A stretch of 64,000 bases of DNA from an uncultured cyanobacterium (GCA_963740315.1 CAVUDP010000001.1:960001-1024000); one strand, 5' to 3'. Positions 50,405 through 61,657 are shown, counted from the first letter of the stretch. The notes: generated by a model from the letters alone, not told the origin. Made by a program: numbers and translations.

Positions 50405-50446
50405 ATGTATCGCTGTTTCTCTGATGAACGAGGAAGTGGCAGATAA
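50405..50446 (+). CDS. patS: Heterocyst pattern inhibitor peptide PatS (MYRCFSDERGSGR)
   Basis: C-terminal ERGSGR followed by stop; lies between pyrC and tsaE/hetY as in Anabaena PCC 7120; optional in-frame GTG at 50390. Confidence 0.93.
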   Translation: MYRCFSDERGSGR

Positions 50447-50511
50447 AACGGATTAAATAAGAAGCGAGATTACTTATGTTTGTATATTTGATTTTCTAAG
50501 AAAGTAATTTG

Positions 50512-51009
50512 CTACTGGTTGCGATATTCTTCGCCTAAAGCCAGAATTTTCTCACTTATGGTGCAATTACATGGAACGATTTCGGCAAAGCGTACATTAG
50601 CCGTCTGGTGGTATGGGCTTTCGCGCTCAATATTCAAATTTATAGTGAGATAAATATCTGGCTTATAAGGCATCCGTTGTGCCCATTCGATAGCTACAAT
50701 TCCTGGCGAAACTTCAATGCCTTCCCAGTAAGTTTCGAGGTTTAAGGCAATTATTTCCGAAGCATCTAAACGGTATAAATCAAGATGATAAAGGGGAAGG
50801 CGGGCTTGAGTATACTCATTAATAATAGTGAAAGTGGGGCTGACGATTGATTCGTTAATATCCAAACCTTTACCTATACCTTGTACCAAGGTAGTTTTAC
50901 CCGTGCCCAAATTACCTTCTAGTAAAATTACACTATTAGGGGTTAGCGTCTCACCCAGAATTATACCCAAGCGTTGAGTTGCGAGTGCGTCTTTAAGAAA
51001 GATTTTCAT
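50512..51009 (-). CDS. tsaE: tRNA t6A biosynthesis ATPase TsaE (HetY in Anabaena)
   Basis: GNLGTGKTT, SPTF, HLDLYRL, IEWA. Confidence 0.96.
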   Translation of the reverse strand: MKIFLKDALATQRLGIILGETLTPNSVILLEGNLGTGKTTLVQGIGKGLDINESIVSPTFTIINEYTQARLPLYHLDLYRLDASEIIALNLETYWEGIEVSPGIVAIEWAQRMPYKPDIYLTINLNIERESPYHQTANVRFAEIVPCNCTISEKILALGEEYRNQ

Positions 51010-51066
51010 CGTAACTCCATCAAATTCAAATTCTTAAAATTCTTAAACTGTGAATAAATTCCCCAT

Positions 51067-51095
51067 AAACCCGAAAACTGGTAATTTCGGGTTTT
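51067..51095. terminator. Stem-loop between yvcK and tsaE
   Basis: AAACCCGAAA...TTTCGGGTTT. Confidence 0.6.
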
Positions 51096-51157
51096 ATTTA
51101 CTACGTCTATAAGAAAAAAAAATTTATAGTTCCAGTTATCTTTTGTAGGCAAAAAGT

Positions 51158-52573
51158 TCAGTTACAATCGATCGCTGACTCTTTTCTAAACATTTTGTAC
51201 AGCTTTCGCATTCCTTTAGGAGTTCCACTATACCAACGTAGAAGAACTTGTGCTAATTTTTGATGATCGTGACGCACGCAACCAGTCTCATCTTCGCTCA
51301 TGACGTTAGCTAAAACTATTCTGCGTCCGCAAAGAGTTACCTCTTCTCGATCCAAAAATACTGGATGAGAATTTTCTTTAGCATAACGGATTAGGGCGCG
51401 GGCAGTAGGAGACTTCTTATGTACTAAAACTGCATCAAATAGCTTTTGCTGGCAAGCTTTATCGATAGATTGAATGTGATCGGCAACCGTGTAACCTTGG
51501 GTTTCTCCCGGTTGAGTCATAATGTTACAAACATATACTTTAGGCACGGTTGTTGCGGCGATCGCATCTGCGATTTCGGGTACCAAAAGATTGGGAATCA
51601 CGCTGGTGTAAAGACTGCCCGGACCCATAATAATGTAATCAGCATCTTTGATTGCTTTGATTGCAGTGGGTAAAGCAGGTGGATTCGCCGGAGTGCAGCC
51701 AATTTTAACAACTTTACCTCCAGCTTTGGTAATTTTTGATTCACCCTGAATGCGACGACCATCGTCTAATTCAGCCCATAAACGAACATCGCTAAGTGTA
51801 GCTGGAAGTACTTGCCCTCTAATAGCTAGCACTTTTGAACTTGTGGCAACGGCTCGCTCTAAGTCACCAGTAATTTCACTCATTGCAGTTAAGAACAAGT
51901 TGCCAAAACTGTGACCGCTCAAACCGTCTCCAGCACTGAAGCGATATTGAAACAACTCTGTCAATAATTTTTCTTCATCCGCCAAAGCTGCCAAACAATT
52001 ACGAATATCTCCGGGTGGTAATACGCCAAATTCTTCACGCAACCTCCCCGACGATCCACCATCGTCAGCTACGGTGACAATAGCAGTAATATTCGCACTG
52101 TAAGTTTTTAGTCCTCTTAATAAGGTAGAAAGTCCCGTACCGCCGCCAATGACAACAATTTTTGGTCCTCGATATAATCTCCGATGAGCTAAGAGTACAT
52201 CAATTAATTCTTCGTCACCTTCTGGTTTTAGTACCCGAGTAATTGAACCTACCGTGCGGGTTTGTCCCCAAACTAGCAACAGCAAACCGCCAATCATTAC
52301 TATGGGTCCGCTGATGTAGTAAGGTATGATATTCGTGAGTAACGAGAGTGCGCTTTTAATTAACTCCAGCACCCAGTAAATTGGGGTTAATCCGCTCCAA
52401 ATAGCGAAGCCCAGACTTGCTAGCACTACCCCCGCCATACTAATTAGAAACCAACGTTTAACCGATAACCCAGGGGACAACCACTTAAACCACTGATTGA
52501 CTCGATGAGGAGCGCGACGGCGCGACTGTTGTTGCATGACGTTAAGAGCTTGTCTGAGAAAACCAATTGACAT
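51158..52573 (-). CDS. yvcK: YvcK/UPF0052 (gluconeogenesis factor) family protein with N-terminal TMs
   Basis: [38 protein letters not shown]. Confidence 0.93.
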   Translation of the reverse strand: MSIGFLRQALNVMQQQSRRRAPHRVNQWFKWLSPGLSVKRWFLISMAGVVLASLGFAIWSGLTPIYWVLELIKSALSLLTNIIPYYISGPIVMIGGLLLLVWGQTRTVGSITRVLKPEGDEELIDVLLAHRRLYRGPKIVVIGGGTGLSTLLRGLKTYSANITAIVTVADDGGSSGRLREEFGVLPPGDIRNCLAALADEEKLLTELFQYRFSAGDGLSGHSFGNLFLTAMSEITGDLERAVATSSKVLAIRGQVLPATLSDVRLWAELDDGRRIQGESKITKAGGKVVKIGCTPANPPALPTAIKAIKDADYIIMGPGSLYTSVIPNLLVPEIADAIAATTVPKVYVCNIMTQPGETQGYTVADHIQSIDKACQQKLFDAVLVHKKSPTARALIRYAKENSHPVFLDREEVTLCGRRIVLANVMSEDETGCVRHDHQKLAQVLLRWYSGTPKGMRKLYKMFRKESAIDCN

Positions 52574-52750
52574 ATCGCAATTGTAAGCAGTGGTCTAAAC
52601 AATAATTAATTGAGAATTTACACTAAGAGCATTCAAATCTAAGAATGTAATTATTACAATTTTTAATTCTAATTAGCTGAATCCATCTAATTAACTTAAC
52701 GAGAAAACTAAGTTAAATCACTGTAATTATATGAAAAGACAGTAAAGTAA

Positions 52751-53242
52751 ATGCAAAGAAAAATTTTAGGATTAGATCCAGGATTAGCAATTTTAGGTTT
52801 TGGAGCAATTATATGCCAAAAAAATCAAGTTAACTCGCCTGCCGATTCAGTAGATTTACTAGACTTTGGAATTATTAGTACGCCCAAAGACATTCCAGTA
52901 GAGCAAAGGCTATCTACAATTTACGACGATTTACACACTGTAATAGAACAATTTCAACCAGATTTGGTAGCGATTGAAAAATTCTTCTTTTACCGGATGT
53001 CAAATACTATCCTGGTTGCTCAAGCTAGAGGAGTCATTATGCTGGTGTTGGGGCAACATCATTTACCTGTGGTAGAATTTGCACCTTCTCAAATTAAGTT
53101 AACTTTAGCGGGTTACGGTAAGGCTGAAAAATCCGAAGTACAAGAAGCAGTGGCGCGAGAACTTGATTTAGACTATATTCCCCGTCCCGATGATGCCGCT
53201 GATGCTTTGGCGATCGCGTTAACGGCATGGTTTCAATCATAA
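52751..53242 (+). CDS. ruvC: Holliday junction resolvase RuvC
   Basis: [30 protein letters not shown]. Confidence 0.96.
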   Translation: MQRKILGLDPGLAILGFGAIICQKNQVNSPADSVDLLDFGIISTPKDIPVEQRLSTIYDDLHTVIEQFQPDLVAIEKFFFYRMSNTILVAQARGVIMLVLGQHHLPVVEFAPSQIKLTLAGYGKAEKSEVQEAVARELDLDYIPRPDDAADALAIALTAWFQS

Positions 53243-53699
53243 AGTATTATATGAACTTTATAAATTCTTTAATCGGTACTTAAAGTAATTGTACTGATGA
53301 TTTTAAATAAACCTTTTTATTAATTTTTATAACTTCAAGTTGTATAGAAAAAGAAATATGAAATTATGAATAAATTATTAAAATTAATATAAAGATAGCG
53401 CGTGAAATTAGAGCTACATATAATTGAGGGCGATCGTTCGCACTGTATTTTTCTTCCCAATGATGTTAAACGTAGCGCCATAAAAATAGTTCGCATATTT
53501 TTATGCTTTATAGCGTAACAAGAGTGAAAACTGATAATTAATCCTGTTATTCTCTAAAAAGTAAAAGCTTAAAGAAACTTTACGTGAAATAGCACCATAC
53601 TTATCTAAAAAAGAAGACATATACAATAATTTGTTTGCCTTGACTACATAAGCTCAAAATAATCATCTGCTCCTAAATGCGTGTCTTAACCTGATTTTT

Positions 53700-54863
53700 A
53701 TGCAAATTTATCTAGATTACAGTGCTACAACTCCTACTCGTCCTGAAGCAATTAACATGATGCAAGCAGTGTTAACTCAAGGGTGGGGAAATCCTTCAAG
53801 TTTACATGAGTGGGGACAACGGGCGGCGACTATTTTAGAGCAAGCTAGAATGCAAGTTGCTAGTTTGATTAACGCTCCCTATGAATCGATTGTCTTTACT
53901 TCTGGAGGTACCGAAGCGAATAATTTAGCAATTATGGGAGTTGCTCGTTTGTATGCGAAACCCCAACATATAATTATTTCGAGCGTCGAACATTCCGCCG
54001 TATCAGAGCCTGCGAAATTGCTTGAAAGTTGGGGTTGGGAAGTTACTCGTTTGAATGTTGATGCAGGATGTAGAGTTAATCCAATAGATTTAAAAGCTGC
54101 TTTACAAGATAATACGGTTTTAATTTCGATTATTTACGGGCAAAGTGAGGTTGGCACGGTACAGCCGATTGAAGAACTAGGTAAAATTGCTCGCAGTGCT
54201 GGAGTTTTGTTTCATACAGATGCAGTGCAAGCGGTGGGAAGATTGCCCATAGATTTAAATAAATTGCCAGTAGATTTACTTAGTATTTCCAGTCATAAAA
54301 TATATGGTCCCCAAGGTACTGGAGCATTGTACGTTCGTCCGGGAATCGAGTTAGTACCGTTACTAAGTGGTGGCGGACAAGAAATGCGATCGCGTTCCGG
54401 TACTCAAGCAGTACCGATCGTTGCCGGGTTTGGGGTAGCGGCAGAGTTAGCAGCCCAAGAATTACCAGTAGAAACACCCCGATTAATTGAACTGCGCGAT
54501 CGCCTTTTTTCGCAATTAGCTGATGTGAACGGTTTAATCCCTACAGGCGATCTAATGCAGCGTTTACCGCACCACGTGAGTTTTTGCTTAGAATACGCCG
54601 ATGGAGAAAAAATCAGCGGTAAAACCATCGTGCGTCAATTAAATCTAGCAGGAATAGGCATCAGCGCCGGTTCAGCCTGTCATAGTGGTAAACTGAGTCC
54701 TAGCCCCATACTTAGTGCAATGGGCTATTCCAAAGGAGCAGCAATGGGAGGTATTCGCATTACTTTAGGGCGTTACACCACTGTCGCAGACGTTGACTGG
54801 GTAGCAATGGTATTGAAGCAAGTAGTCAGCCGTCTCGATCGCTTTGCCCTTGTTGCTAATTAG
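53700..54863 (+). CDS. Cysteine desulfurase (IscS/NifS family)
   Basis: YLDYSATT, GNPSS, FTSGGTE, HTDAVQ, SSHKIYGP, SAGSAC. Confidence 0.95.
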   Translation: MQIYLDYSATTPTRPEAINMMQAVLTQGWGNPSSLHEWGQRAATILEQARMQVASLINAPYESIVFTSGGTEANNLAIMGVARLYAKPQHIIISSVEHSAVSEPAKLLESWGWEVTRLNVDAGCRVNPIDLKAALQDNTVLISIIYGQSEVGTVQPIEELGKIARSAGVLFHTDAVQAVGRLPIDLNKLPVDLLSISSHKIYGPQGTGALYVRPGIELVPLLSGGGQEMRSRSGTQAVPIVAGFGVAAELAAQELPVETPRLIELRDRLFSQLADVNGLIPTGDLMQRLPHHVSFCLEYADGEKISGKTIVRQLNLAGIGISAGSACHSGKLSPSPILSAMGYSKGAAMGGIRITLGRYTTVADVDWVAMVLKQVVSRLDRFALVAN

Positions 54864-54882
54864 AATCATTTTTAATTGGGTA

Positions 54883-55003
54883 CGGGAGATGGGGAGATGG
54901 GGGGATGGGGGATGGGGAGATGGGGAGATGGGGAGATGGGGTTCGGGGGAGATGGGGTTCGGGGGAGATGGGGGGATGGGGGGGATGGGGGGGATGGGGA
55001 GAT
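54883..55003 (+). repeat. G-rich octamer array (GGGGAGAT and variants)
   Basis: Read directly. Confidence 0.93.
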
Positions 55004-55017
55004 AGAAAACTCCTAAC

Positions 55018-55160
55018 TCCTAACTCAATAAGGTTACTGAGCAGTTCGACGTAGCTCACTGTAAGACTTGTCGAAGTACTCCTAACTCAATAAGGTTACT
55101 GAGCTTGTCGAAGTACTCCTAACTCAATAAGGTTACTGAGCTTGTCGAAGTACTCCTAAC
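55018..55160 (+). repeat. Three tandem 37-bp units; the first carries a 25-bp insertion
   Basis: Unit TCCTAACTCAATAAGGTTACTGAGCTTGTCGAAGTAC at 55080 and 55117; 62-bp variant at 55018. Confidence 0.93.
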
Positions 55161-55257
55161 AATTCCCAATTCCCAATGCCCAATTCCCAATTCCTAATTC
55201 CTAATTCCTAATTCCAACTTTCAATCTAAAATTTAAAATCTAAAATCCAAAATCCGA
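55161..55257. repeat. Heptamer arrays (AATTCC[C/T]) then (AATC[T/C]AA)
   Basis: Read directly up to the DUF1995 start. Confidence 0.9.
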
Positions 55258-55258
55258 T

Positions 55259-55996
55259 ATGCCTGAATTACCAAGAACATTAGAAGACGCAATTGTTCAA
55301 GCCCGCGAAGCAACTCAAGCGGCTCTTGCAGATGGTTATACTCGGTTGCAAGTTGAGTTATTGTTTCCGGAATTGAAAGCATTACCTGCGGCGCAACAAT
55401 TTCTACCAGCTTTTGAAGAGTATGGTGATAAACTAAAGATTTTCTTTGCCGATGCTGGCAGTACAGCTCTAGCTGGTCGCGATTGGAATGAAGTACCTTT
55501 CCAACTTACGGATATCGGTACTGGTAGGATGGCTGCGATACAGTCAAAAGTTCAACCGGAAGATGAAATTTTCTTGTTTGTTCAACCTACCTCGGTTGAA
55601 GTACCGCAGTTGGAAAAAATATGCGAAGCGATCGGCGAAAATCGTCCTTTTGTAATGTTCGTTCCTCGTTTGGAAGATTCGGGTACTGTAGGTATCGGTT
55701 ATGCAGCCCGACAAACTCGCCAGCGTTTTATTAATACAGTTGAATCTTGTTACTATTTGCGTCCAATATTTGAAGAAGCTGCGTTATTTCGTTGCTATCC
55801 TGGATTGTGGTCGGTTTGGGTAGAAAAAAACGGCGATTATGTTCGTGTTGCGGAATTAGCTCAAAAGCCTTCTGGTGATGAATTAGATACGATTATATCC
55901 GACGGACAATCGCAAGGAGAAGGCGAGCCTGCTGCGGCGAAAAGTAAAAGTGTATTTAGAGGTTTGCAGCGATTTGTGAGGGCGTTGAGAAGTTAG
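55259..55996 (+). CDS. DUF1995 family protein
   Basis: ATQAALADG..RLQVE..FPEL, FADAG, GIGYAAR, YYLRP, LFRCYPG.W. Confidence 0.88.
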   Translation: MPELPRTLEDAIVQAREATQAALADGYTRLQVELLFPELKALPAAQQFLPAFEEYGDKLKIFFADAGSTALAGRDWNEVPFQLTDIGTGRMAAIQSKVQPEDEIFLFVQPTSVEVPQLEKICEAIGENRPFVMFVPRLEDSGTVGIGYAARQTRQRFINTVESCYYLRPIFEEAALFRCYPGLWSVWVEKNGDYVRVAELAQKPSGDELDTIISDGQSQGEGEPAAAKSKSVFRGLQRFVRALRS

Positions 55997-56007
55997 ATTT
56001 ATCAACA

Positions 56008-56051
56008 ATTATCAATGAACAATTATCGATCGCCTATTGTTCATTGATAAT
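56008..56051. terminator. 16-bp inverted repeat between convergent genes
   Basis: ATTATCAATGAACAAT...ATTGTTCATTGATAAT. Confidence 0.65.
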
Positions 56052-56069
56052 CGATCGTTCATCATCGAT

Positions 56070-59000
56070 TTAATTAGTTCCCAAAGCGGCATTTAAAACT
56101 TTACTAATTCTTTGACGTGTTTCGAGTAAATGGGCTTTTGTATATTCGTCTTCGGAATTTGCATCATCTAATTTTTCGCCTAATTGACGTAGTTTGTACC
56201 ATGCTAAGGTGCGGGCATCTTCAGGAACATTGACTTTTCGCAACACCATATTACTTAAGATGTCTAAATATTTTCGCTGCAATCCCCGACGCAAGCTGGA
56301 AATTTCAATGTCTTTACCTTTGGGCTTTAATACTTCCGTCCAAATGCTATCTTGAAGCGTATTAAATAATTCCGGTAAAGTCAGTGCTTCCCCTTTCTTA
56401 CTTTTCAACTCAATATCTTTGAGACGAGAAAGGCGATCGCTCGATAGTAAATCGGACAAAACCATATTCTGCATATATAATATTAGGTCGTGGATGGGAT
56501 AGTCCAACCGACCGATTTGAGGGTTGCTTCCCCAATGCCGCCAACGCGATGGTGCTAATTTATTCAACAATTCTGGTGAGAAGTTAAAAGCATCTTCGGC
56601 AAAGATATAATCTCCCAATACTTCTAAAGCTTGCCGCTGTTTTTCGACGGGTACTGGTTCAAATGGCAGACGTGTTTGGTCTTTGCTGGCGTAAACTCGG
56701 TAGAATGACTGACCGCCGATGTATTTTGAACTGTAGTAAATTTGTTGGAAGTAATTGCTCAATACTGCCCCAAAACGTTCGCGCACGTCGCTGTAACTTT
56801 CTCCCTCTAAAGGATAGCGCTTGTTGATTCTATCCCACATTTTACGGGCGTTATCCATTTGCCACTTAGAATAAAGCAGCACGTTAGAACTGTTATCCCA
56901 TGCGTCGGCGGTTGGATCTAAATCGTAGACATCTTCATCAGTGGAATAACTATACTCTGGTTTGTAAGATTCGGAGGCTATTTCCCGTAAAACCGGCTTT
57001 TCGGCGTTGGTGGATGCGGCTTTAATTTGAGAGTAACCGTATTTTATCGCCCATGCATCGTAAGGTCCAATAATGCTGGGGAAATAATCTCCCTGCTTGA
57101 CGCTTTCGGGGGCAATATTAGGAGGAATGTAGTCCATTACTGAAGCTACTTGTCCCCGACTGCGGGTAATAGTTGTGTCGTTCATTTCCTTGGGAGATAG
57201 CATAGTACTACCCCGGAAGTTATGCCTCAAACCCAAGGTGTGACCGACTTCGTGAGCAACAATTAACCGTAAGTATTGATGAATATACTCTTTGGTTTCT
57301 TGACTGGTAGGCGGTAAATCTCGCAACAGCGAAATCGCTAATTTACCGTAACCAAATTGGTTTGTGGCTTCTATTCCGTAACAAAGGTCGTACTTACTTG
57401 CTAATGTGGATAAACGGCGTATAACTTCTGGTTGGGATTCTTCAGAATTGTCATCTCCATCTGACAAATCGTTACACAACAAGCGATTTTGCATCATCGC
57501 CGACATAGTAAGATTTTTCGACTGGCTAGGCTGAACCATTTGCCGATAATCTTTCTTCAGAGAACTAACTAAACTAGCGTCAATTAAAATATCTGCGTCT
57601 AGAATTTCCCCAGTCAAAGGATTAACGCGGGATGGTCCCATCGCAAAATACCCATCTACTGTATTAATCCAGCGAATGGTGTTGTAACGGATGTCTGACG
57701 GGTCCCAAGTGGCAGTATCTGGCATCTGCTTGACTTCGATCGCATTTTTAAATCCGGCGGCTTCAAACGCCCGATTCCACATCAAAACGCCTTCTTCGAT
57801 CGCTTTGCGATATTCATAGGGTGTAGCGTTATCTATCCAATAAACAATCGGTTTTTTAGGTTCGGAAATACTCGCGTTGGGATACTTTTTTTCCAACTTC
57901 CAACGATTTATATAGCGCACAAATGGGTCGCTGGGGTCTTTTTTGGATAAATCTTGATAAGCAGTGATGAAATAACCCACTCTTTCGTCGGCTAAACGGG
58001 GACGGTAAGTATTATCTGGTAGTTGAGAAAGACTGTAGTGAAGCTTGAGAGTAAAACCACGTTTGTCAGCTAAAGTACTAAATTTAGTATTTCTTGGCTT
58101 GCTGCTGGTACCCCCAGAAAAGTTTAAAACCGACTGAACTTCTATATTTTGAGGAAAAACTTTAGCAGTACCAAAATAAGAATCATCTTGAGAACCGGGC
58201 ACTCCCAAACTCGAAGATAATCCAGCTAAATCTGCGAGCAATAAATCCCCTAAGTCAATAAGTATACTTTTGCTTTGGGGATGAATGCTTTGAATCTTAA
58301 CTCTATAAAGAACAGAATCGCTAAAAGACCTCGCTAAAGAACGTACTTGGGGATCTCCTTCTTGAGTACGGAAGTTGACGTTACGAACTACAAAGTGTAA
58401 ATCCTCACCTACTCGTTCAAAGTAAAACATAAAATCTTGTAAAGGCATCCCGCTGTAAATTCCAGCTTCGCCAATACCTGATTCTAAAGTTGCCGTTGCT
58501 AAATAATTTTTATTAAGCTGTGTTGGTTTAACTTCCAAATAAATTTTATTTTTTTCTTTGTCCCTGTAAAGAGTAAATAAACCTTTTGAAACTTGAGTAT
58601 CTTTAATAACTTTATCGAAAGCTTTAAAACTATCTTTTGCAGTTGGTTTTGTTTCTGACTCGGTTTTACTAAGAGGCTTTTTAACTGGTTTTTTCTGTTC
58701 TTTATTTAGCTGCAAAAAAGGTTGTTGGGCTGCAAGTTTGGTGTCATTGACTACCCAAGTAAATGGAACTGGCTGGACTTCTTCTGTCTTACCAACTTCC
58801 CATACTTTGCCTGGTGGTAGTTTTTCGAGGCTCCTGCGATTAACTTCGTTTCCCCTGGGAGCATCGTTTAATTTTTCTGATTTTACGGCTTGAGTTAGCG
58901 TCACCGCTTCTTGTGCCGTTGCAGCTAATGCCTTAAAGCCAAAAGTTGCTATTGCTAACAAACCCTGTAACAAAATTATATAAATACTCTTTTTGTTCAT
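56070..59000 (-). CDS. Secreted zinc-dependent metalloprotease (DUF5117/DUF4953-type metzincin)
   Basis: Signal peptide; PRLADERVGYF, HEVGHTLGLRHNF, Met-turn SVMDY. Confidence 0.92.
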   Translation of the reverse strand: MNKKSIYIILLQGLLAIATFGFKALAATAQEAVTLTQAVKSEKLNDAPRGNEVNRRSLEKLPPGKVWEVGKTEEVQPVPFTWVVNDTKLAAQQPFLQLNKEQKKPVKKPLSKTESETKPTAKDSFKAFDKVIKDTQVSKGLFTLYRDKEKNKIYLEVKPTQLNKNYLATATLESGIGEAGIYSGMPLQDFMFYFERVGEDLHFVVRNVNFRTQEGDPQVRSLARSFSDSVLYRVKIQSIHPQSKSILIDLGDLLLADLAGLSSSLGVPGSQDDSYFGTAKVFPQNIEVQSVLNFSGGTSSKPRNTKFSTLADKRGFTLKLHYSLSQLPDNTYRPRLADERVGYFITAYQDLSKKDPSDPFVRYINRWKLEKKYPNASISEPKKPIVYWIDNATPYEYRKAIEEGVLMWNRAFEAAGFKNAIEVKQMPDTATWDPSDIRYNTIRWINTVDGYFAMGPSRVNPLTGEILDADILIDASLVSSLKKDYRQMVQPSQSKNLTMSAMMQNRLLCNDLSDGDDNSEESQPEVIRRLSTLASKYDLCYGIEATNQFGYGKLAISLLRDLPPTSQETKEYIHQYLRLIVAHEVGHTLGLRHNFRGSTMLSPKEMNDTTITRSRGQVASVMDYIPPNIAPESVKQGDYFPSIIGPYDAWAIKYGYSQIKAASTNAEKPVLREIASESYKPEYSYSTDEDVYDLDPTADAWDNSSNVLLYSKWQMDNARKMWDRINKRYPLEGESYSDVRERFGAVLSNYFQQIYYSSKYIGGQSFYRVYASKDQTRLPFEPVPVEKQRQALEVLGDYIFAEDAFNFSPELLNKLAPSRWRHWGSNPQIGRLDYPIHDLILYMQNMVLSDLLSSDRLSRLKDIELKSKKGEALTLPELFNTLQDSIWTEVLKPKGKDIEISSLRRGLQRKYLDILSNMVLRKVNVPEDARTLAWYKLRQLGEKLDDANSEDEYTKAHLLETRQRISKVLNAALGTN

Positions 59001-59523
59001 CCGAATTATCTCCGGGCTACATAGCCTAATTCATTTGTAATGCTTAGGTCGCGATCGCGTATGCGAACCGTTCTCTCCTCAATCGATCGCCAAAACCGAA
59101 AAATATAATCTATTTAAATGCCTAGTATCAAGCAGAAAACTTTTTAGGTCAAATTAATATGACATTTCTCAGTTTTTTTGCCCCTTTTTACTGTAGTATT
59201 CTTCCTAACAATTGTGACTGTAGTAAACAGTACGCATTATTAAATAAACTCAGCAGAAAATATACTGGGAAGCTAGTATAACAGTCAAAGAAAGGTAAAT
59301 TCCGTTTTTTAAACACGAAAAACCATTTCAAATAGAGATTTTAGAAAGTTTGCAGGAGGGCAAGCCGCATCGCGACGGTTAATAACCGTTATTATACCCA
59401 ATTATAGATTTCTTAGTCGTAGTAAATCATACTAGTCTTGGATGTTCAAAAACGTCCTGAGTTCAAGAAAATATTCAGGTAAGCTCTTTCACATCAGTGC
59501 TATTAGCGTATTAAAACATACAG

Positions 59524-61242
59524 ATGGTACAAATAGAACTTTTCAAGCAGCTTTGGAGAACTTGTTTGAAGCGGTTGTGGTTGGAAGAGGTGCTTCAGGG
59601 GGCATCTGAAGAAACCAAAACAATTACGATTTCGGCAAACACCAGCAAGTTACCTTTGCAACAAGTTGAATCCGATCTAAATGATTTGCAATTGAGTCAA
59701 GAAAAACTACAAGCAAGTCTGATCGAGTGGGCGCAAACAAACAATGGTTTTACATTTAATATAGATGACCGACAATTTCACGAACAGATTTATGCATTAT
59801 TAAGTAATATTGCATTAAAACCAGAAATTATTGAAGCTGTAGCGATCGGGTTTAAGAATAGCGATTTGACGAACCCAATAATTCTTTTTAGAAGGTTAGA
59901 AGATTTTTATCGTCGCTGGTGTGATGGTGAATTTATTGATGCCGCACCAAATCATAACTTGCCCCAGAAGCAAATGTTGCAGCTACAAGCACAAAACGTT
60001 GCAATTGGTCTGCGGAAAGTAGATATAAATACGGGATTAAATGTAATGATTTTGCTTTTGGAATTACATCGATTTCAAGAACAAATTCAAGAACAAAATC
60101 TTGAAGCTGAAATTACTTTTTACCCATCCGACAAGCCCGACAGCGATAATTTTTTTACATCTAGGCTGTTGCGGGTAATTAATTACAGCGATTCGATTGA
60201 AATTGGTAATTTTAGTAATGTAGTTGGTGCATTTCTTAAAGGTGCCCAGTTAAAAGGCGTTTACTTAGGGGATGCCAACCTTACAGGTGTTAATTTCAGC
60301 GAAGCAAATCTTAGTGATGCTTATCTAGGAGATGCCAATCTTACAGGCGTACAGGCAAAAAAAGTAAACCTGAGTAATGCGAACCTTGGGGATGCAAATT
60401 TAAGCGGTGCCGACCTTAGAGAGGCGAATCTGACTCATAGCGACCTGACTCACTGTAATTTAAGCGGTGCGGATTTGAGTGGTGCGGATTTGAGAAGTGC
60501 CGATTTAGGCGATGCGAACTTGGCTGGCGCGAATTTGGCTGGCGCGAACTTGGCTGGCGCGAACTTAACCAGTGCAAATTTAAGAGATGCAACGCTAGAT
60601 GGTGCTAACCTCAAAAATGCCATACTTTTAGGGGCGAATTTGAGCGATAGCAACTTAATTGGCGTAGAAATGAGTTATGCCGATTTGTGTAGAGCCGACC
60701 TGAGCGGCGCTAATTTAAGGGGTTCCACGCTCAAAGGTACAAATCTGAGCGATTCTATTTTATTTAGTACCAACCTGATCTCAGCCATTTTAGTTGCAGC
60801 AGACCTGAGTTACGCAAAACTTAATGGTGCAAATTTACAGCAAGCAAATTTACAGGGAGCAATTATTTTAGGCGCTGACTTAGGAGGAGTAGATTTGAGT
60901 CAAGTTATTCTTAACGAAGCTGACTTGAGTGGAGTTACCCTTAGCGAAGCAGATTTAAGCGGTGCGAACCTCAGCCATGCGATTTTGCTCGGTACCGACT
61001 TGAGTTATGCAAATTTACATCATGCTAACCTTAGCGGTAGTAACCTTAGCGGGGCTATTTTTAGTGGCGCTGACCTCAGCCATACCGATTTTAGCGAAGC
61101 AATTCTTGGCGGTGCCGACCTCAGCGAAGCTAACTTAGAAAATATGACTTGGAATGAAGATTTGGAATGGGAGAATGTTCGCGGTTTGGATAAAGCAGTA
61201 AACGTCCCTGAAATATTAAAGGAAAAATTGAAGCTGTTTTAA
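59524..61242 (+). CDS. Pentapeptide-repeat protein with N-terminal globular domain
   Basis: Long A[D/N]Lxx repeats in the C-terminal half. Confidence 0.93.
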   Translation: MVQIELFKQLWRTCLKRLWLEEVLQGASEETKTITISANTSKLPLQQVESDLNDLQLSQEKLQASLIEWAQTNNGFTFNIDDRQFHEQIYALLSNIALKPEIIEAVAIGFKNSDLTNPIILFRRLEDFYRRWCDGEFIDAAPNHNLPQKQMLQLQAQNVAIGLRKVDINTGLNVMILLLELHRFQEQIQEQNLEAEITFYPSDKPDSDNFFTSRLLRVINYSDSIEIGNFSNVVGAFLKGAQLKGVYLGDANLTGVNFSEANLSDAYLGDANLTGVQAKKVNLSNANLGDANLSGADLREANLTHSDLTHCNLSGADLSGADLRSADLGDANLAGANLAGANLAGANLTSANLRDATLDGANLKNAILLGANLSDSNLIGVEMSYADLCRADLSGANLRGSTLKGTNLSDSILFSTNLISAILVAADLSYAKLNGANLQQANLQGAIILGADLGGVDLSQVILNEADLSGVTLSEADLSGANLSHAILLGTDLSYANLHHANLSGSNLSGAIFSGADLSHTDFSEAILGGADLSEANLENMTWNEDLEWENVRGLDKAVNVPEILKEKLKLF

Positions 61243-61418
61243 ATAAAAATGCAAATAAATAAAGGTTAAATTGGGGAAGCTGAGTTGATTTTTCTTTAGA
61301 CTTCTTCACATAACTCATGCAGAACGTTAAACTTCATTGCAATATAAGTATCTTCGATCGAAGCAAATAGTAAGTTCTGATATGCTCTATAAGCATCGAG
61401 ATCAAAAAGGAGAACACT

Positions 61419-61622
61419 GTGGCAATGGAATCAAATGCGGTAATGGGCAACAACTCAGCACGTGAAGAGTTTAGCGAATATGTTGCTCATTTACAGTTTC
61501 ATATGACTCTACAGGCTCGTAATCTGGTTCCAAGCTTAGGGCAAACTAAAGACAGCCGAGGAGAATTACTTCATCAAACCCAGGCTGATTTTGAAAAACT
61601 TGTTTCTCGCCAAGTAATCTGA
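61419..61622 (+). CDS. Small conserved cyanobacterial protein
   Basis: AGGAG RBS; HLQFHMTLQARNL...LLHQTQADFEKLVSRQ. Confidence 0.8.
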   Translation: MAMESNAVMGNNSAREEFSEYVAHLQFHMTLQARNLVPSLGQTKDSRGELLHQTQADFEKLVSRQVI

Positions 61623-61657
61623 ACTCATACAAAAGTTAACAAAGTTAAAATAGAATG

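Noticed and set aside
50420..50470. Hammerhead ribozyme (CTGATGA)
   Set aside because: No stem II/GAAA arrangement; the sequence is explained by patS codons
55018..55160. CRISPR array (37-bp repeats)
   Set aside because: Units are directly tandem with no unique spacers, sit in heptamer arrays, and no cas genes are nearby
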